DNA of 64,000 nucleotides, from assembly GCA_965228875.1 (NCBI GenBank), contig OZ245843.1:3578616-3642615 (forward strand). The letters run 5' to 3'. Position 1 is the stretch's first letter. Each line of letters starts with the position of its first letter. The DNA comes from Thalassobaculaceae bacterium. GTDB taxonomy: Bacteria; Pseudomonadota; Alphaproteobacteria; Thalassobaculales; Thalassobaculaceae. Shown piece after piece: positions 63,876 through 64,000 of this stretch. The notes beneath the pieces were generated by a model. That model worked only from the letters and a program-made list of their open reading frames with translations. It did not search any database and was not told where the DNA came from. Both the position numbers and the translations under genes were made by a program.

Positions 63876-64000
63876 ATGACGGAACTCGACGGCCCCCGGT
63901 TCGGCCCGGCCAAGGAAGGCGACGCCGAAGCGCTGGTGGTGATGCTGCACGGTCTCGGCGCCGACGGGAACGACCTGATCGGCATCGCCCCGGTCTGGGC
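63876..64000 (+). CDS. Phospholipase/carboxylesterase family protein (partial)
   Basis: MTELDGPR...LVVMLHGLGADGNDLIG; runs off the window end. Confidence 0.8.
   Translation, partial: MTELDGPRFGPAKEGDAEALVVMLHGLGADGNDLIGIAPVW

Overview
High-GC alphaproteobacterial chromosome segment (Rhodospirillales-like, inferred from gene content and order). It is mostly housekeeping. The replication cluster is rpsT-dnaA-dnaN-recF-gyrB, with mutM-ubiE-ubiB nearby. Other core genes are polA, recQ, purH-deoA-deoB, rpe, an rsmB-like methyltransferase, PBP1A, a small surface-polysaccharide cluster, bfr and a separated bfd. I see no rRNA, tRNA, integrase, transposase or CRISPR array. The accessory stretch at about 17.5-23.8 kb stands out for two reasons. 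(i) A three-ORF minus-strand cluster (17538-19638) shares a ~29-aa repeat with the motif R-x-[LMP]-L-[PA]-H-E-x-R...A-x-Q-P (8 copies). One ORF is repeat-only and frameshifted. The other two carry the repeat fused to unrelated toxin-like C-terminal domains (permuted papain-like; possible HNH-fold), which suggests an undescribed effector/cargo-tagging system. (ii) A signal-peptide-less pesticin-like muramidase converges on two tandem, secreted Ivy-like paralogues (candidate toxin-immunity module). Other notable items: matching Fur-like boxes upstream of the 42-kb-separated bfd and bfr, a GANTC cluster and hairpin upstream of dnaA, a CtrA-like box before an Hpt/pseudo-receiver gene, and many short tandem duplications. 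All functional calls come from motif recognition by eye; no searches were run.
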